DNA of 64,000 bases. Origin: Octopus sinensis. Its lineage: Eukaryota. Shown in pieces: positions 26,391 to 40,799 of this stretch. The notes under the pieces were generated by a model, which was not told the DNA's origin, did not search any database, and saw nothing but the letters and a program-made list of their open reading frames with translations. The stretch is taken from contig NC_043003.1 in NCBI RefSeq assembly GCF_006345805.1, positions 34,844,001 to 34,908,000 on the forward strand, read 5' to 3'. A program made the position numbers and the translations under genes. Position 1 is the first letter of the stretch, and each line of letters begins with the position of its first letter.

Positions 26391-26555
26391 ATGTGGCGAC
26401 CCGGGAGAATCATTAGCACGCACGGACAAAATGCTTAGAGCATTTCCACAGTCTTTATGTTCTGAATCGATAAACTAAGAAGAACTCATCGAGCACTGGG
26501 ATCGATGTGATCGACCTACTGCGAAATTCCTGGCATTTTGCCAAAACCTGAAACA
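26391..26555 (+). mobile_element. SINE family A copy (deleted centre)
   Basis: GTGGCGACCCGGGAGAATCATTAGCACGCACGGACAAAATGCTTAG...GAGCACTGGGATCGATGTGATCGAC. Confidence 0.7.
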
Positions 26556-26639
26556 GTTATCACCGTTTTTGTCTATTTTTATTAAACTTGCTTCGTATTG
26601 ATATGATTGTAGTTTATTTCTATTTATTCGTATTCCACT

Positions 26640-26674
26640 TAATTATAATCATAATTGTAATAATAATAATAATG

Positions 26675-26745
<71 letters not shown>

Positions 26746-26747
26746 GA
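26640..26747. repeat. (AAT)n/(GAT)n tract
   Basis: Direct reading. Confidence 0.95.
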
Positions 26748-27815
26748 TTACTTCAATGTGTATATGATTGTATTTATCTATCTCTATGAAATCTCCATAT
26801 ATGATATATATATATAAACACATATATATGCATATTTGTATTATGTATATGTACATATAGATATACACACACTTACACACATACATACGAACGCAAACAC
26901 ACGCACAATCATAAACAGAACTACCGCACATGTGTAAGCGCATTCGTTTATCTGTGTGCATATTAAACCACGTAATAATCTCCATTATATTGAGACATTC
27001 TATTAAACAGATACAAAGATACAAATGATGTAGCTGGAAAAAAAAAATTGTGGAATATTACAAGGAAACATTTTTCCACATTTGCATGAAATAATAATAT
27101 GTATACATTATAAACACTGGGAGGTTCGAAAGAACATATTTGATACAGATACCAAGTTAATATCTGGCACGTATAACTATTATGATGACCTGTTGCATTA
27201 AATATACATATACATACATAATACATACATACATACACACCACACACACACACACACACACACACCACACACACACACACACACATACACACACATACAC
27301 ACATATATATATATATATATACATATACAGACTAAACACCAAAATAGAAATACAAAAAGTATGTGCGTATGCAGGCATGTATGTAGAGATGTATGTAATA
27401 TATACATAAATAATATATATGTTACATAAATCAAGTAATGGATACAGATACATGTATGTAACTACCTTCTACTCCCACATCTATCATATGTGGGGATATA
27501 ATAGGGTAGCAATCTGAATTCTTTATGAATATTTATTTGATAAAATTTTGAAAATAAAATGAGGGTAAATGAATATTTATCGGATTGAATATCCGATCAT
27601 AAATAGAAATTTATGTCCATATATTTAGGGGAACAAATTTCCGAATAATGATGATGATGATGATGATAATGATGATATGTATATATATATATGCATATGT
27701 ATAAACATCCTGTTATGCTTGTTTATAGGATTGTATGTATGTATAACTATACCCGTATATATATACATACATACATACATGCATGCATACATACATACAT
27801 ACATACATACATACA

Positions 27816-27847
<32 letters not shown>

Positions 27848-27886
27848 CATACATAATACATACATACATACATATATATACACCCA

Positions 27887-27938
<52 letters not shown>

Positions 27939-28850
27939 TATGCACATATACAATCCTATTTATGAGTATACATTCATGCACTCAATTGTATATAAATATA
28001 GCAATATGTATGCATGCATGTATGTATGTATGTATGTATGTATGCATGCATGTATGTATGGCTGTATGTATGTATGTCGAAACATACACACGTGAGGAAT
28101 AATGAAAGAATAAGATAGTGGAAGGGAAAGACTGACATATAGACATCACGACAGAGAGAAAGTTCGTGTTCTCCTATATTTCCTATCTTGTATGTGAATA
28201 TATGCATAATGTGACGTACATCTATGTATCCCGTTGATTTAAGTAGATATAAAATGACAATTTTGTTGTAGCTTATTCCTTTTGAATGGGTTCAATATTC
28301 GTTTTTCTCCAATATGTTTTTATAGGGAGGAAAATCAGTTTTGAAAGATATTAATGTCAGTGTATGCACTTATATAACTGTAGAGTAATGAAGATATAAG
28401 GCTGTAGAAGAATACAATGAAACACATACACTCCCATTCCCCACAGCCCAACACTCGCAAACGCTCTCACATACATTGATGACACAGGTATCACGCAAAC
28501 AAGGACGTAGGAAATATATTCATATTCCAAGATAGATAATTGTATATAATGCGTAATAGGATATGTGTGTCGTCGTCTGTCTTTGGATTCCTATATGTGT
28601 ATATGTGCATATATATCTATGTGTATACATATACATAAACATACACATATGTATACACACACATATATAAGTATATATATATATATATATACATATATAC
28701 ATACATATATGTATATATATATGTGTGTGTGTGTGTGTACATGTATATACATGTGTATCTGTATGTGTATATATATAAATGCATACACACACATACACAT
28801 ACATATATACGTACGTTTCTCTCTCTATAGATACACGTATGTATAAATAA

Positions 28851-28893
<43 letters not shown>

Positions 28894-29717
28894 TATACAT
28901 ATATATATACATATATAGATAGATAGATAGTTATACAGATACATACGTACATGCATACATATACTTGTATGGATTCAAATATATTTAGATATTACAATTT
29001 ATAGATAGACAGACAGAAAAAAGACAAATATAAATTACCATGCGTAGAGACAGGTGGTATTTTAATCTATTCACTTCTGTTTAATGTATAAAATAGAGAA
29101 ACTATGTACTGGTTTATAGAAAAGAAATTTTACACACATATATATATATATACTATAACATACACGCGCGCACATGCACACACATACACAAACGCATACA
29201 CTTATATACATACACACGCACACACACATATAGACATACACAAACACAATTACACATATTTGAAATCTAACATGCTAAGAAAAACAGAGACATTTATTTG
29301 TATGACTAGTGTGTGCTTGGGTACAGCAAACGTATCTGATCTAGTCTCAACATAAATATTTGGCAATGTGTATTTGGGATATTAGACCACGACATATATG
29401 GAACAGAACGATATATATATATATATAATCAAAATAAGCAACAAGGATATCCAAGGTAGAGTAGTACAATTGTTTAATGCTACTTCATTTTATTAAACAC
29501 TAAGTATTACATCAGTTTTATATATGTGTTTCATATATGTGATTGAGTACAAAGTGAGCAATGTTTTGAAACATGTAGTATTTGTACAGGATTTTTGCAG
29601 ATTTTTGAATTTTTTTTAACAATGTTTTGAAATTGCCTGATAATACAGACATAGACTTGCCCAAATGCATCAATAAATTGACATTGATTTTTTTCACCGT
29701 TATCTCAATCATCTGAA

Positions 29718-30018
29718 ATGGAACTGTCAACGCATGATATTCGAGCAATTTTGCTATTCAGCTTCAAAAAAGGACGTAAAGCAGCTGAAACAGCACGCGA
29801 TATCAACGAAACGTTTTTGAGGAAATGACCAGTGAGTGGTCAACTCGAAAATGGTGAGTCCTCAGTCTTGGAAATCGTAAGCATAATGGACGCCCATCTG
29901 CCATCGATTACAGTCTATTAAAGACCGTCATTGAGAAAGATCTACGTAAAACCACCTGAGAACTGGCAAAAGAATTTCAAGTTAGCCAGAAAACTGCCTG
30001 CATCCATTTTGAAAAAAT
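29718..30018 (+). pseudogene. Mariner transposase N-terminal (HTH) relic
   Basis: MELSTHDIRAILLFSFKKGRKAAETARDINETF...GRPSAID...LKTVIEKDLRKTT*ELAKEFQVSQKTACIH, a typical mariner DNA-binding region with frameshift and stop. TIRs not seen. Confidence 0.8.
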
Positions 30019-30110
30019 ATATCTTCTACTTGTTCTACAATACATTTCAACGCTTGAAATACAAACTTATGTTTGTTTACATATGATGTAATATATATAT
30101 ATATATATAT

Positions 30111-30271
30111 ATACGAAGGTCTTCTTTCAGTTTCCGTCTACCAAATCCACTCACAAAACTTTGATCTGCCCGTGGCTATAGTAGAGGACACTTGCCCAAG
30201 GTGCCACGCAGTGGGAATGAACTCATAACTATGTGGTTGGGAAGCAAGCTTCTTACCACACAGCCACACCT
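30111..30271 (-). mobile_element. SINE family B 5' half
   Basis: TTCTTTCAGTTTCCGTCTACCAAATCCACTCACAA...GACACTTGCCCAAGGTGCCACGCAGTGGG...CTTACCACACAGCCAC. Confidence 0.9.
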
Positions 30272-32052
30272 AATCATGTATTATATATATATGCATACCT
30301 ATAAATGTATATAAAAACACACACGTACACATACATGCATACATACATACTGACAGATAGACAGACATGTTTACATGCATATTATTATCTCTGTTATTCA
30401 CTTTGTTTATTGCTTGTTTTAAAATTTTATTGCCCTCTGTTTGTATCCATGCAAGATTTTACGGTATTATGCCTTATTTTTCTGAAACATTTTAAATTCA
30501 AAAATAGTTCGGAATTGCAAGAAGCGGTACATCATCAGTTTTAATGCATTATAATAAATACCTTTTCTTCTGGACATTAGATATCTTATAAATTGGATAC
30601 GCGTTGACATAGAAATCAGCACCTGGAATTGACCCAATGAGAGCACGTTTATCGATAACGTCCGATGCTCTCACTGTGTACAGGTTATTCGTTTCTTTTA
30701 ACTACGCTCTAGACTGAATATACACAAGGAAAAGAAAATTAGTTTGTGACCTGTTCATGCCTTTAAGTTCGAGAAATCAAAAACGTGACGCAGAATCGGC
30801 TAAACGTGAGGTTTTTCGCAACCCTACAGGCTATCTCAAAATGTTCTATAATAAGAATTATTTCATTGACACCAGGTCATACATTCATGAAAAATCGGAT
30901 GCAATCATTTTAATGAAATCTAGCTCTTGCTTGACACCGGAATCTTAACTTCTGAAGGAAGAAATGTAAATTCAAGCCCAGCAGGTCAGGCACCCAGAAA
31001 GTAGAGCGGCAAAAAATCAAAACCTATGCCACAAGAATTATTCTAACGCTTATAAATACTATATTGTAGTACTGTACGGAAGAAACAATACGCCAATTAA
31101 ATCACTATCTCCCTTCTCTCACCCTCTCTCTATTTCTCTTTCTCTTTCTCTCTCTCTCTCTTTGTTTCCCTGTCGCCCTCTCTTTCACTCTCCATCTCAC
31201 CACTCTCTCTTTCTCTCGTTCTCTGTCAAACACACACATACATACACACACACACACGCACACACATACGCACTGTTTCGGGCTACCTATTTCTCGCTCA
31301 CGCAAACCATATTTTACCCTCCTCAAATTAACGAACACATGCTTATTAAACTTCCTGTTTTTCTTTCGCCAGATCTCTGCTCCCATCTGACACCTATCCC
31401 GTCCACTTTCTTATATCGTATTGTCATCAGTGGGTTATTTTTGATGTTGTTTCATTTATATGTTTATTTATGTGTAACCTATTTCTTATATTCTAATTAT
31501 TTTTTATTTCATTATTTTCTTTCTTCATCTAGTGTCCACTCAAGAACTGACGTCTTTTTATAAGACTCGGGTCCATACACAGGATGGGACGTCGTGTCGT
31601 TTGCTCTCGTCCAATCACTATAGACTATAGCCAAGTTTATTTTTAGAGTACATAAACTCTTCCAAACCAGCGTATATCTTGCGCTTGCATTCAGTCGTAC
31701 ATATGTACTGAGAAAAATACATGCCCAATAACGATCCAACCAACTCAACAACCGATATGCCCATCATTTCGTACGAGCCAGAATTTTCATTCTACTCTTA
31801 TAAGAATGATAAACTACATACTTAACATTTTCAGTGGTCACATTTAGTACACACGCACGCACACAACCACCACACCATTCTTTCATTCATACCTATCTAC
31901 CCACCTACCTACATACATACATACTTATATACATACACACACATATGCACGCACACACACACACATATATACACATACAGAGACACACCATGTATATATA
32001 TATATATATATATAAACATACAGAGTCACACACATGTATATATATGAATATA

Positions 32053-32142
<90 letters not shown>

Positions 32143-32564
32143 CACACATATGTGTGTATGTATTATGTATGCGTGTGTGTGTGTGTGTGTGTGTAGTGTA
32201 TGTACATACTCTTTTTGCTCTGCCATTTGACTTCCCGTTTAAAATTAATTAGTCAAAGCGACACCGACCGGAATTCAGTCTAGGGGACCTTCTAAAATGG
32301 CTTGACATCTTAAAACCGTCTCAGATCTGAAGAATCTTTAAAGTGTAGGCCGGTGCCGTCCCTCCCATTCGGTATATTAACTTATGCACAAGCACACATT
32401 ATAAAGAACGGTCTTTTCTTTTTTTTTTGTTAGATTTGGAGATAGATAACTTTTTTCTTTTGTCAATGTGCTTCGTCTTATGTGTGTGTGATTGTGCGAG
32501 AGTATCACGTGTGTGCATGAGTTTGTGTGTGCGAATAAGGGATAACCAGTTCGTTACTCCTCTA

Positions 32565-32947
32565 TCTTATTGTTCTTTCAGTCAATAGACTGTGGCCACG
32601 CTGGGGTACTACCATGAATGAATGTAGTCGAACTAATCAACTCCAGTATTTGTTTCCCTTTTTTTAAAGCCTGGTATAAATTCTACCACCCCGTTTTGGT
32701 GAACCGCTAGGTTACGTAGATGTAAACAGACCAACACCAGTTGTTAAGCGGTGGTCTGGGACAAATATAGATGCACAGATATACACACGCACACACAAAC
32801 ATATGAATATATATATGAGGGACTTCTTTCAGTTTCCGTCTACTAAATCCAATCATAAGGCTTTCGTGGGTCTGGGGAATAGCACTAGCCGAAGGTTCCT
32901 CACAGTGGGACTGAACCCGGCACGATGTGGTACAGCCACTCCTGTAC
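32565..32947 (-). mobile_element. SINE family B, diverged near-full-length copy
   Basis: Tail (TTTCAGTCAATAGACTGTGGCCACGCTGG), internal microsatellite, TTCTTTCAGTTTCCGTCTAC, head GGGACTGAACCCGG...CAGCCACTCCTG. Confidence 0.8.
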
Positions 32948-34192
32948 TTTATAATATATTTCCTTTGAAGTAATTCTTGAAGGCTATAAAATTTTTCGTA
33001 TGAAATGCTGTACAATGTAGTATTCTAATTTCATTTGTGAAACTATTTTATAAAAAGTAATTTTAAAAAAGCGTTCCTAGTAACCTAAACCAAACATATG
33101 AAATGAGTAGTTCATTTGCATTTGTGAGGGTAGTGTAAACTAGAAACAGAAGAAATATGTCAACAGACTTTGTTCATAAAACATTGTCATTCGACTTTCT
33201 TATGCTTGATGTATGCATGTGGTAGGCAAATGTAACAGGTTTTATTAACCAATGAAGGAATAGCAGCCTGTCGGCCACCTTGGCAATGGGAGCATCCACA
33301 GGCGTATTTTGCGCCTTGCTCTTTTACTCGAAACGGCCCAGTTTCAGAAGCCTACAGTTACGACCTCTTTTCGTACACGATCGTTAACAGCATTTGTATA
33401 TTCTCTCAGTTCATGATCGAAAATTAGTGTTTATTTATGGCTGCCTAAATGCTATATATGTACCACATAAGAATTACTTAATCAACTGATACCGACCTGA
33501 ATATACACATAATATATTTCTTGATAAAATTATGTAAATGCTTTTATTTTTAATTAAATATTTTATAGTTAAACAAGTCAATTCCCAATGTAAGAATTAC
33601 TGCACAACATATAGGTTGCTTTTTTCTTTGCATGACATGCCATAACACATGCAAGAGCTGTTTATAGACGCTCAGATTTAATGGTAAAGTCTACATATCT
33701 ATCGACCCTCTTTGAAAAGAGAAAAGATAGAAGAATGAAAGAAACAGTCCAGTCCTTCGAACGTCCAAGCAGTAAAAGAAAGATCGTCACGTGAAGAAAA
33801 GATGGATGATGGTCACGTATGAGCAACGAGAGAAAAGCAGGAGGGAGACTCTACTCTTTACTGTTTTCCTCCTCCATCCTTCTCTAATTCGTTTTTCCCC
33901 TTCACCGTTTTCTATATGTCTATCTGTCTGTCTCTCTGCTCTTATGTATTTCATGTTGTCTACACAGTTGGTGACGTCCTGTACAACATATATATATATA
34001 TATACGTACATGCATAATTAAAAATCAGTCATTGTTTAACGATTTCTCAGTGGACAGCGTACTAACAAGACCATAATGATTAATTTATATTATATTTAAG
34101 TATAATTATAAAATATAATTATAAGGGTGCTCAAAACAGCAATGCCTGTTCGCCAGAAATAGACACCAAATAGTTTACAAACCACTTAAGTT

Positions 34193-34223
<31 letters not shown>

Positions 34224-34405
34224 GTTCTCACAAGTAAACAAGGAAATGCAAAACAAGGTGGGAAAATGAATACTCGAATACCAACGGTACAGTAATAATT
34301 TTTGTATGATCACAACTGTCCGACGAACAGTAACGTGAAACTTTGAGTAATAGTTTGTGATGAATTTTTCGGGTTCCATAAAAATGGCATATATATATAT
34401 ATATA

Positions 34406-34483
<78 letters not shown>

Positions 34484-34852
34484 TAATATTACGTATTTGT
34501 ATGCATGTGTGTATGTATGTGTGAGCGCATGTGTGTGCAGTCATGCGTGTGTCACCTCTTCAGTTCACACCGCTCACTTAAGAGATTGTGTTATTGTTAA
34601 TGTCTTGCGAACAAACGTTTCAAAGAATAGTAATCGATAAATAGAATCCTAGAGGGAAATATATACTAAGGATAGATATAATCTACTACACCCTTCCATG
34701 CAATCCTCTAGCTTGGCCAAAGTCCAGCGAGAGAGCCAACAAAAGAATAAAAGATTACGTGCGTGTGTATTAGCAGTTGTAAATACACACGTACACAAAC
34801 ACGCAGAAACACACACATACAGACATATATAAAGATACATACATATTTCTGT

Positions 34853-34887
<35 letters not shown>

Positions 34888-34947
34888 GTATATCTATACA
34901 TATGTGTGTGCATATATATATATGTATATCTATATCTATCTATCTGT

Positions 34948-35075
<128 letters not shown>

Positions 35076-35531
35076 TGTTTTTCTTTATAACTCTCATAAT
35101 GGCACTGTGGTTGTGGGCCAAGAGTTTAGCTTCCGGAAGAAGGTTCATTGTGGCTTATTAGCAGAGCTTTCATTTCACAGATCTGCTCGGTGTCAAATTG
35201 CGAGGTGGGGAAGTGCTGCAACAGAGAATAGTAAAAATATAAAATAAAACTCTCACTGACTCAGATCTTAAGTACTTGACCCAAGGTCAGCACTCACCAT
35301 GAGGAGCTCATTATTAACCATTTTATTCTCACAGGCAATCCAATTATAATCTTGTACACTGAGTGGGACAGAGTGAGTCAGAATGGGTTAGAGTGGGACG
35401 GACATCTCTCCCAATTATCACAAGACATACTCATTGAGAGGGGTACATTAAGACAAGCATAGATGCTTTTATATATTTTATGAATGTATGCGTGATTGTC
35501 TATGTATGTATACATACATATATATATATAT

Positions 35532-35569
<38 letters not shown>

Positions 35570-35908
35570 AATACATATATATCACATACATATATATATA
35601 TATATGTGTGTGTGTGTGTTTATGTAGTGTATATGTATAGGTTTGTATATATATCTATGCATGTATCTTTTCATATATACACATACACACACACCACGCA
35701 CATCATGATGTATATATATATTACTGTATGTATTTGTTCGTGCGTATGTGTGTACGTGCGTGTGTGTGTTTGTGCTTTTGGGATTTAAGATTTTTAGCGT
35801 CTATGCTACCAAAATGAAACGTACGAATTTATTCGTGAGTCTGTACAAACGCTACGCATACGTGCACACACACGCACGCATACGCATAATCATGCAATAT
35901 ATATATAC

Positions 35909-35974
<66 letters not shown>

Positions 35975-36180
35975 TATATTCATATATATGTATTATATGA
36001 TCCGTGAAAACTCTATGACTCTGTTACTTATCAGTCTCAGAGACACCATCGAATTCAATAATATTTTGGGCAGTTTGATTTGAAGGAAAAGGTAATTTCT
36101 TACGATAAGTCGTAATAAACTAATATTTCAGTGTTGACTATTATTTTGGGTAGGCAAATGATAGGCAAACAATTAAAAAA

Positions 36181-36368
36181 GACTCCGCCGGTTACGACGA
36201 CGAGGGTCCCAGCTGATACGATCAACGGAACAGCTTGCTCGTGAAATTAACGTGCAAATGGCTGAGCATTCCACAGACACGTGTACCCTTAACGTAGTTC
36301 TCGGGGATAATCAGCGTGACACAGAGAGTGACAAGGCTGACCCTTTGAAATACAAGTACAACTCATTC
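36181..36368 (-). mobile_element. SINE family C 3' part
   Basis: GATCAACGGAACAGCTTGCTCGTGAAATTAACGTGC...GACCCTTTGAAATACAAGTACAACTCAT. From memory this abuts the CATTTTTGCCAGCTGAG segment seen at window start; the family link is an inference. Confidence 0.55.
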
Positions 36369-36919
36369 GGCAAAAAATACTTATATATATAGTAAATATG
36401 AATGTTATGTTCCAATTTTCATGTGTTCCTTGAATTTATATGTTGGTCAGATTGTTAAATGCCATTATATAAGTTTAAATATTTTAAGGGAAAAAAATAT
36501 CTCCTCGAGAGAAAATATATTATGATTTTTTCCATTTCTAAAGCAAAAGATATTTATCATGTACGATCTTCCTGATTGAAAAGCACCAGCAGTTTATAAT
36601 ACTGAAAACGTTAATTTCCACAAGAGGTTACAAAATTCAAGAAAGATCGTTATCGGGCTATTTTAAGGTATGGTACTAGGGTAAAATGTTGAACTTGTAG
36701 GAATGCAACTGAAAAATAAGTAATTGGAAAATAAATTAACGCGATCTGACAAGGACAAAAATGTTATGAAAAAAATGATAAACAGGCGAGAGAAAATAGT
36801 TCAACTGAAGTAAATAGTATGATTAAAACACTGCCTAGCAAAATACAGACAAGAAACATCGTATTTATTATTCATTTGTTATTGACGTAAATAGAAATAA
36901 TTTACAAATTTTAGTGAGA

Positions 36920-37510
36920 AAATTTTCGTTGCTGTAAACTTTTACTTTTCCAATATTTACAGATATTTGCGATGTTGCAACTCGTAAATCGTCTTCGAGA
37001 TGAATATCTGTCAATCTTGACTTAGTTTTCGACTTTATTATTTTCATTCGAGAAAAATATTTTGTTCGCATTTATGCGTACTACCAATCAAGGCAACATA
37101 TTTTCTAGCGGACTAGATTGTTATTTTCTTTAGTAAAAGTTCCATGAAACAGCAATAAACGTTCGCCTTTAAATGTTTTCAGAAGAAATTCATCACTCCG
37201 AAGCTCAATTATTTCCATTAACAGTCTCTTTCGTGCTATCTTTTCAACATCAGCATTAAATGGATTTCTAAAATAGCTAAACTCAGCATCTTTAACTTTG
37301 TAGTCCTTAAATTTGGTTTCCATTTCATTTAACTCATCAACAACATCACTAACCCTAGACTCCATGTGATGGGCTACAGTGGAGAAAAAGGAAAGCTATA
37401 ATCATCGTACGTAGATTATCTCACTTGTGAAGTTTAATTCTTGCTTCAAAAGCTTATTCATGAGTCAAATGATTTCGAATTTGCCATTTTGAATTGAGAT
37501 CATAGAAATT
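36920..37510 (-). pseudogene. hAT transposase relic (Charlie/SPIN/GTF2IRD2-like C-terminal half)
   Basis: AFEARIKL; FSYFRNPFNADVE...LMEIIELRSD; GSTHKCEQ-FSRMKIIKSKTKSRLTDIHLEDDLRVATS (hAT dimerisation domain pattern), split by frameshifts. Confidence 0.8.
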
Positions 37511-38193
37511 GGTAGTGATATCTACGCGCTCGCACACACAAAATCACAAATATAAACACATATATATATATAAAAAAAACAAAGAAAGTGCTATGAAAAT
37601 TTTGTCAAACAAAAGAAAGCGAATATTTATATCATTAACAAAATATGCTAATGGTAACGATCGAGAAGGGGAAATAAATTGAAATAAATCAAATTAAATT
37701 AAGCATTTATGATATCAGTTTTCTAATGTCACATTTTTTTTGTTACAAGTTTCATATAGCGCTGGTAGTCGGTTTCCTTTTGATGGCTTCTGAGTGGTAC
37801 TAGTATTAGTAAAAGTTTAAGCAGTGCACTTGACGTTTGTTCCTTAATGGGGATGTCGTTACTAAAGTGTGGTTATTACATGTAGCAGCAGCAACGGTAG
37901 TGGCCGGAGTAGTGGTGGGTGTATCAGTCCCACTAATAGCAGTAGCAGCTGGCTATTAGCAGTAAACATTCTCTTTTGTCTCTAATTGGAAGAATTGGAA
38001 GAATATATTTCGCGGTGAGTTTTGTGGCGTCCGATACGAAAGACTACACATCATTTGTTTTTTCTTCATACTTTGAAATCAAAATTAATTCCTAGGACAT
38101 CGCAATTTATTCTAATAATAAGGTTGAATAAATGTTTTAAAAGCACGAGAACACAGCGTTGCCCTGTTCACAAAGTACTTTTCGATCATATTA

Positions 38194-38235
<42 letters not shown>

Positions 38236-38314
38236 TATTATTATTATTATGATGATGATGATGATTATTATTATTATTATGATGAAGATGATGATGATTA
38301 TTATTACTATTATT

Positions 38315-38457
38315 GAGGCGGTGAGCTGGCAGAATAATTAGCGTGCCGGACACAATGCTCAGCGGCATCTCGCCTGCCTTTACGTTCTAATTTGAAATTC
38401 CGCTGAGATTGAACTTGCCATTCACCCTCTCTGGTTCAATGAAAGAAGTACCAGTTT
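38315..38457 (+). mobile_element. SINE family A 5' part
   Basis: GAGGCGGTGAGCTGGCAGAATAATTAGCGTGCCGG...GAAATTCCGCTGAG...GAAGTACCAG, directly after an (ATT)n tract. Confidence 0.85.
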
Positions 38458-39219
38458 CGCAAACAAAGTGGAATTTCAGTGAAGGATGCTGGCTATCGTC
38501 GACAATTAAGTTTTTTTTTTTTTTGCTAACTTAAAAGAATAGCCATCGTCACTTATAGTGATCACGGTAACACCTTCTAATAAAAAACATACTTTTTGTA
38601 AACATACTTTTTGTATTAGGGGTTTTCTGCTAACACAATGGTAAATAAGTCATATATTGCTTACATCTTCATTGACGTTACTGCAACGTTCATAGTGATA
38701 CGGTTGTTCAGTAAAATCACTTTTGTTGAGTTTGGAAGATATCGTTAGAAAAACAGCTGAAAAATATATTTGTACACAATGCCTCCTTTTCTTATGGCAG
38801 TTAACCGGCAAATTCATTCATACATAGACACATACTGACACATACATATATGCATGCATATGTATATAGATGTATATGAATGTAGATATGTATTGTGCAT
38901 ACGTGGATGTGTGTAAGGGGGGGAGCGGTAAAAGAAAATAGAAATGGTACCACACTGGAAAATACCAAACAAAACGTGTAACTCAAAATTCATATGAATA
39001 AATAAATAACCGAATACATTCAATATTGAAAATGTCAACAAGAAAATTATCATTGCTAAAGTTGTCACTATAGTTACATATATATTATTATATATTCATA
39101 AACGCACGAATACATATAAATATACAATTTTGCTGAAAGTGAGAAATCATGATTGTTTATTCATCGACCAGTCCCTCTTTATTTCCGTGTGTGTACACAC
39201 ACACACACACACACACACA

Positions 39220-39390
39220 CAGCTCAAATTTACAGAAAACAAAGGACGAAGACAACTGAAGGAACAACAAGCAGGTGCATTAGTTTCTAACGCTCGGGAA
39301 TAATGGAAAAGTCTTTGACGTTTCGATCCTACGCTCTTCGAATGAAAAGATTAAGAGGAAAAGAAAAAACGGAGAGAGAAAAAATGTGTA
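39220..39390 (-). mobile_element. PLE-type terminal repeat relic with a degraded hammerhead-like motif
   Basis: Minus strand TTCGAA-GAGC-GTAG-GATC-GAAA-CG-TC (39312-39345). The GAAACGTC palindromic stem III is intact; the core is mutated. Confidence 0.4.
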
Positions 39391-40584
39391 GGAATTAACG
39401 GTTCAACACAATGAAATGCTCGGAAGAAAAAGGCTGAATGAAAGGGGGATAATAATGGTGAACCGGACGAACTAAGGTGTGCAAGCGCGTGTGTATATGG
39501 GAGAAAGGGATGTGTATATGTGTGAATAGGGGTGGGTGCGTTAGCATGTATGTGTGGGCGAGCTTAAAGTTATGTGGGCCTGAGTGTGTGTATGTATATA
39601 AGTAACCTAGAGTGTACATTCATTGGAGTTATGTGTTTTTCATGTACTAGTGTGTATGTGAGTGTGCGTATGGACGTGTGCACATATGTGTAAGGTTATC
39701 CTTTGTGTGTACAAAGGCATGGGCCTCTATTTGTGTATGTGTATAAGGAACTTAGTGTGCGCGTTGTCAGGAGGGATGTGCGTTTTGTGTATTTGTGTGT
39801 GGAGGGTATGAATGTGTGTATATGTGTGAGGCTATTGTGTGTGTGCATTTGTGTGTGTGTGCATCTGCTAACGCTTGTATTTAGCAGCTGATGTGTGCTT
39901 GTTTGGGTGGTTTGTGCACTTGTGTATGTGCTTGTGTGACTGTGACCCTATAGTGTGCATGTGTATCATCTATGTTTGTGTGTGAAAGTTGTATATGTTT
40001 ATGAGTTGCGCGTGTTTGTATACTGTCTGTATTCCGGCGTTTTGTGAGGGGAGGTGAGATTGGAGTCAGGGGAGGTGTGATTGGAGTGAGAAGGTGTGTG
40101 TAGGTATGTGCTTAATGGTGTGTGATGTGAGTACTGAGTTGAACAGTGTGTGTGTATAGTGGTGTGTGTATGTTGGGGATACCGAGTTAGGCAGTGTGAA
40201 GGAGTGTGGGTCGAAGGGAGGGACAGTTGAATGTGAGAGGTGTGTGGGAATCTGTGTGGGGTCGGAGTTAAATGAAGAGAGGTGGTGAATTGAGGCCGTA
40301 AGGAGCAAAAGAATGAATAGAGAAGCTTAATTTCTGTTCACAGCAAAGTCGAGAGCCCAGGTGGCCCTTGCGCAGAGACAGTTAGAACATATACAGATGT
40401 AGCGAACGACCGGTGGGGCGGAAGTGGTGCTGGGGTGTCATTTCCGCGTCAGATGTCTCGGAGGTGATCAGAGAACCAGTCAGCACCAATGTACAAAGAG
40501 AGTGAGTGAGAGAGAGAGAGAGAGGAGAGAGAGAGAGCAAGGGATATATATGTATATATATACTATATATATATATATAATATA

Positions 40585-40633
<49 letters not shown>

Positions 40634-40799
40634 ATATATATATATATATATTTGCGCGTGTGTGCGTATGTATCTATCTATGTATGTATGATTGCAGGCA
40701 TAGACATGTCGCTAGCTCGCGAAAAAACTGAAAAGACTGATTGAAAACTCGCAAGATTTTAAACGCGGCCCCATGAAGTGAGCAAAAGCGTATTTAGAA

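Noticed and set aside
35290-35390. Splice-like signals on both strands (ATG|GTGAGT on minus; CACAG|G on plus)
   Set aside because: They overlap a short TTAACC...GGGTTAG inverted-end segment that looks like a piggyBac-type MITE remnant; ambiguous.
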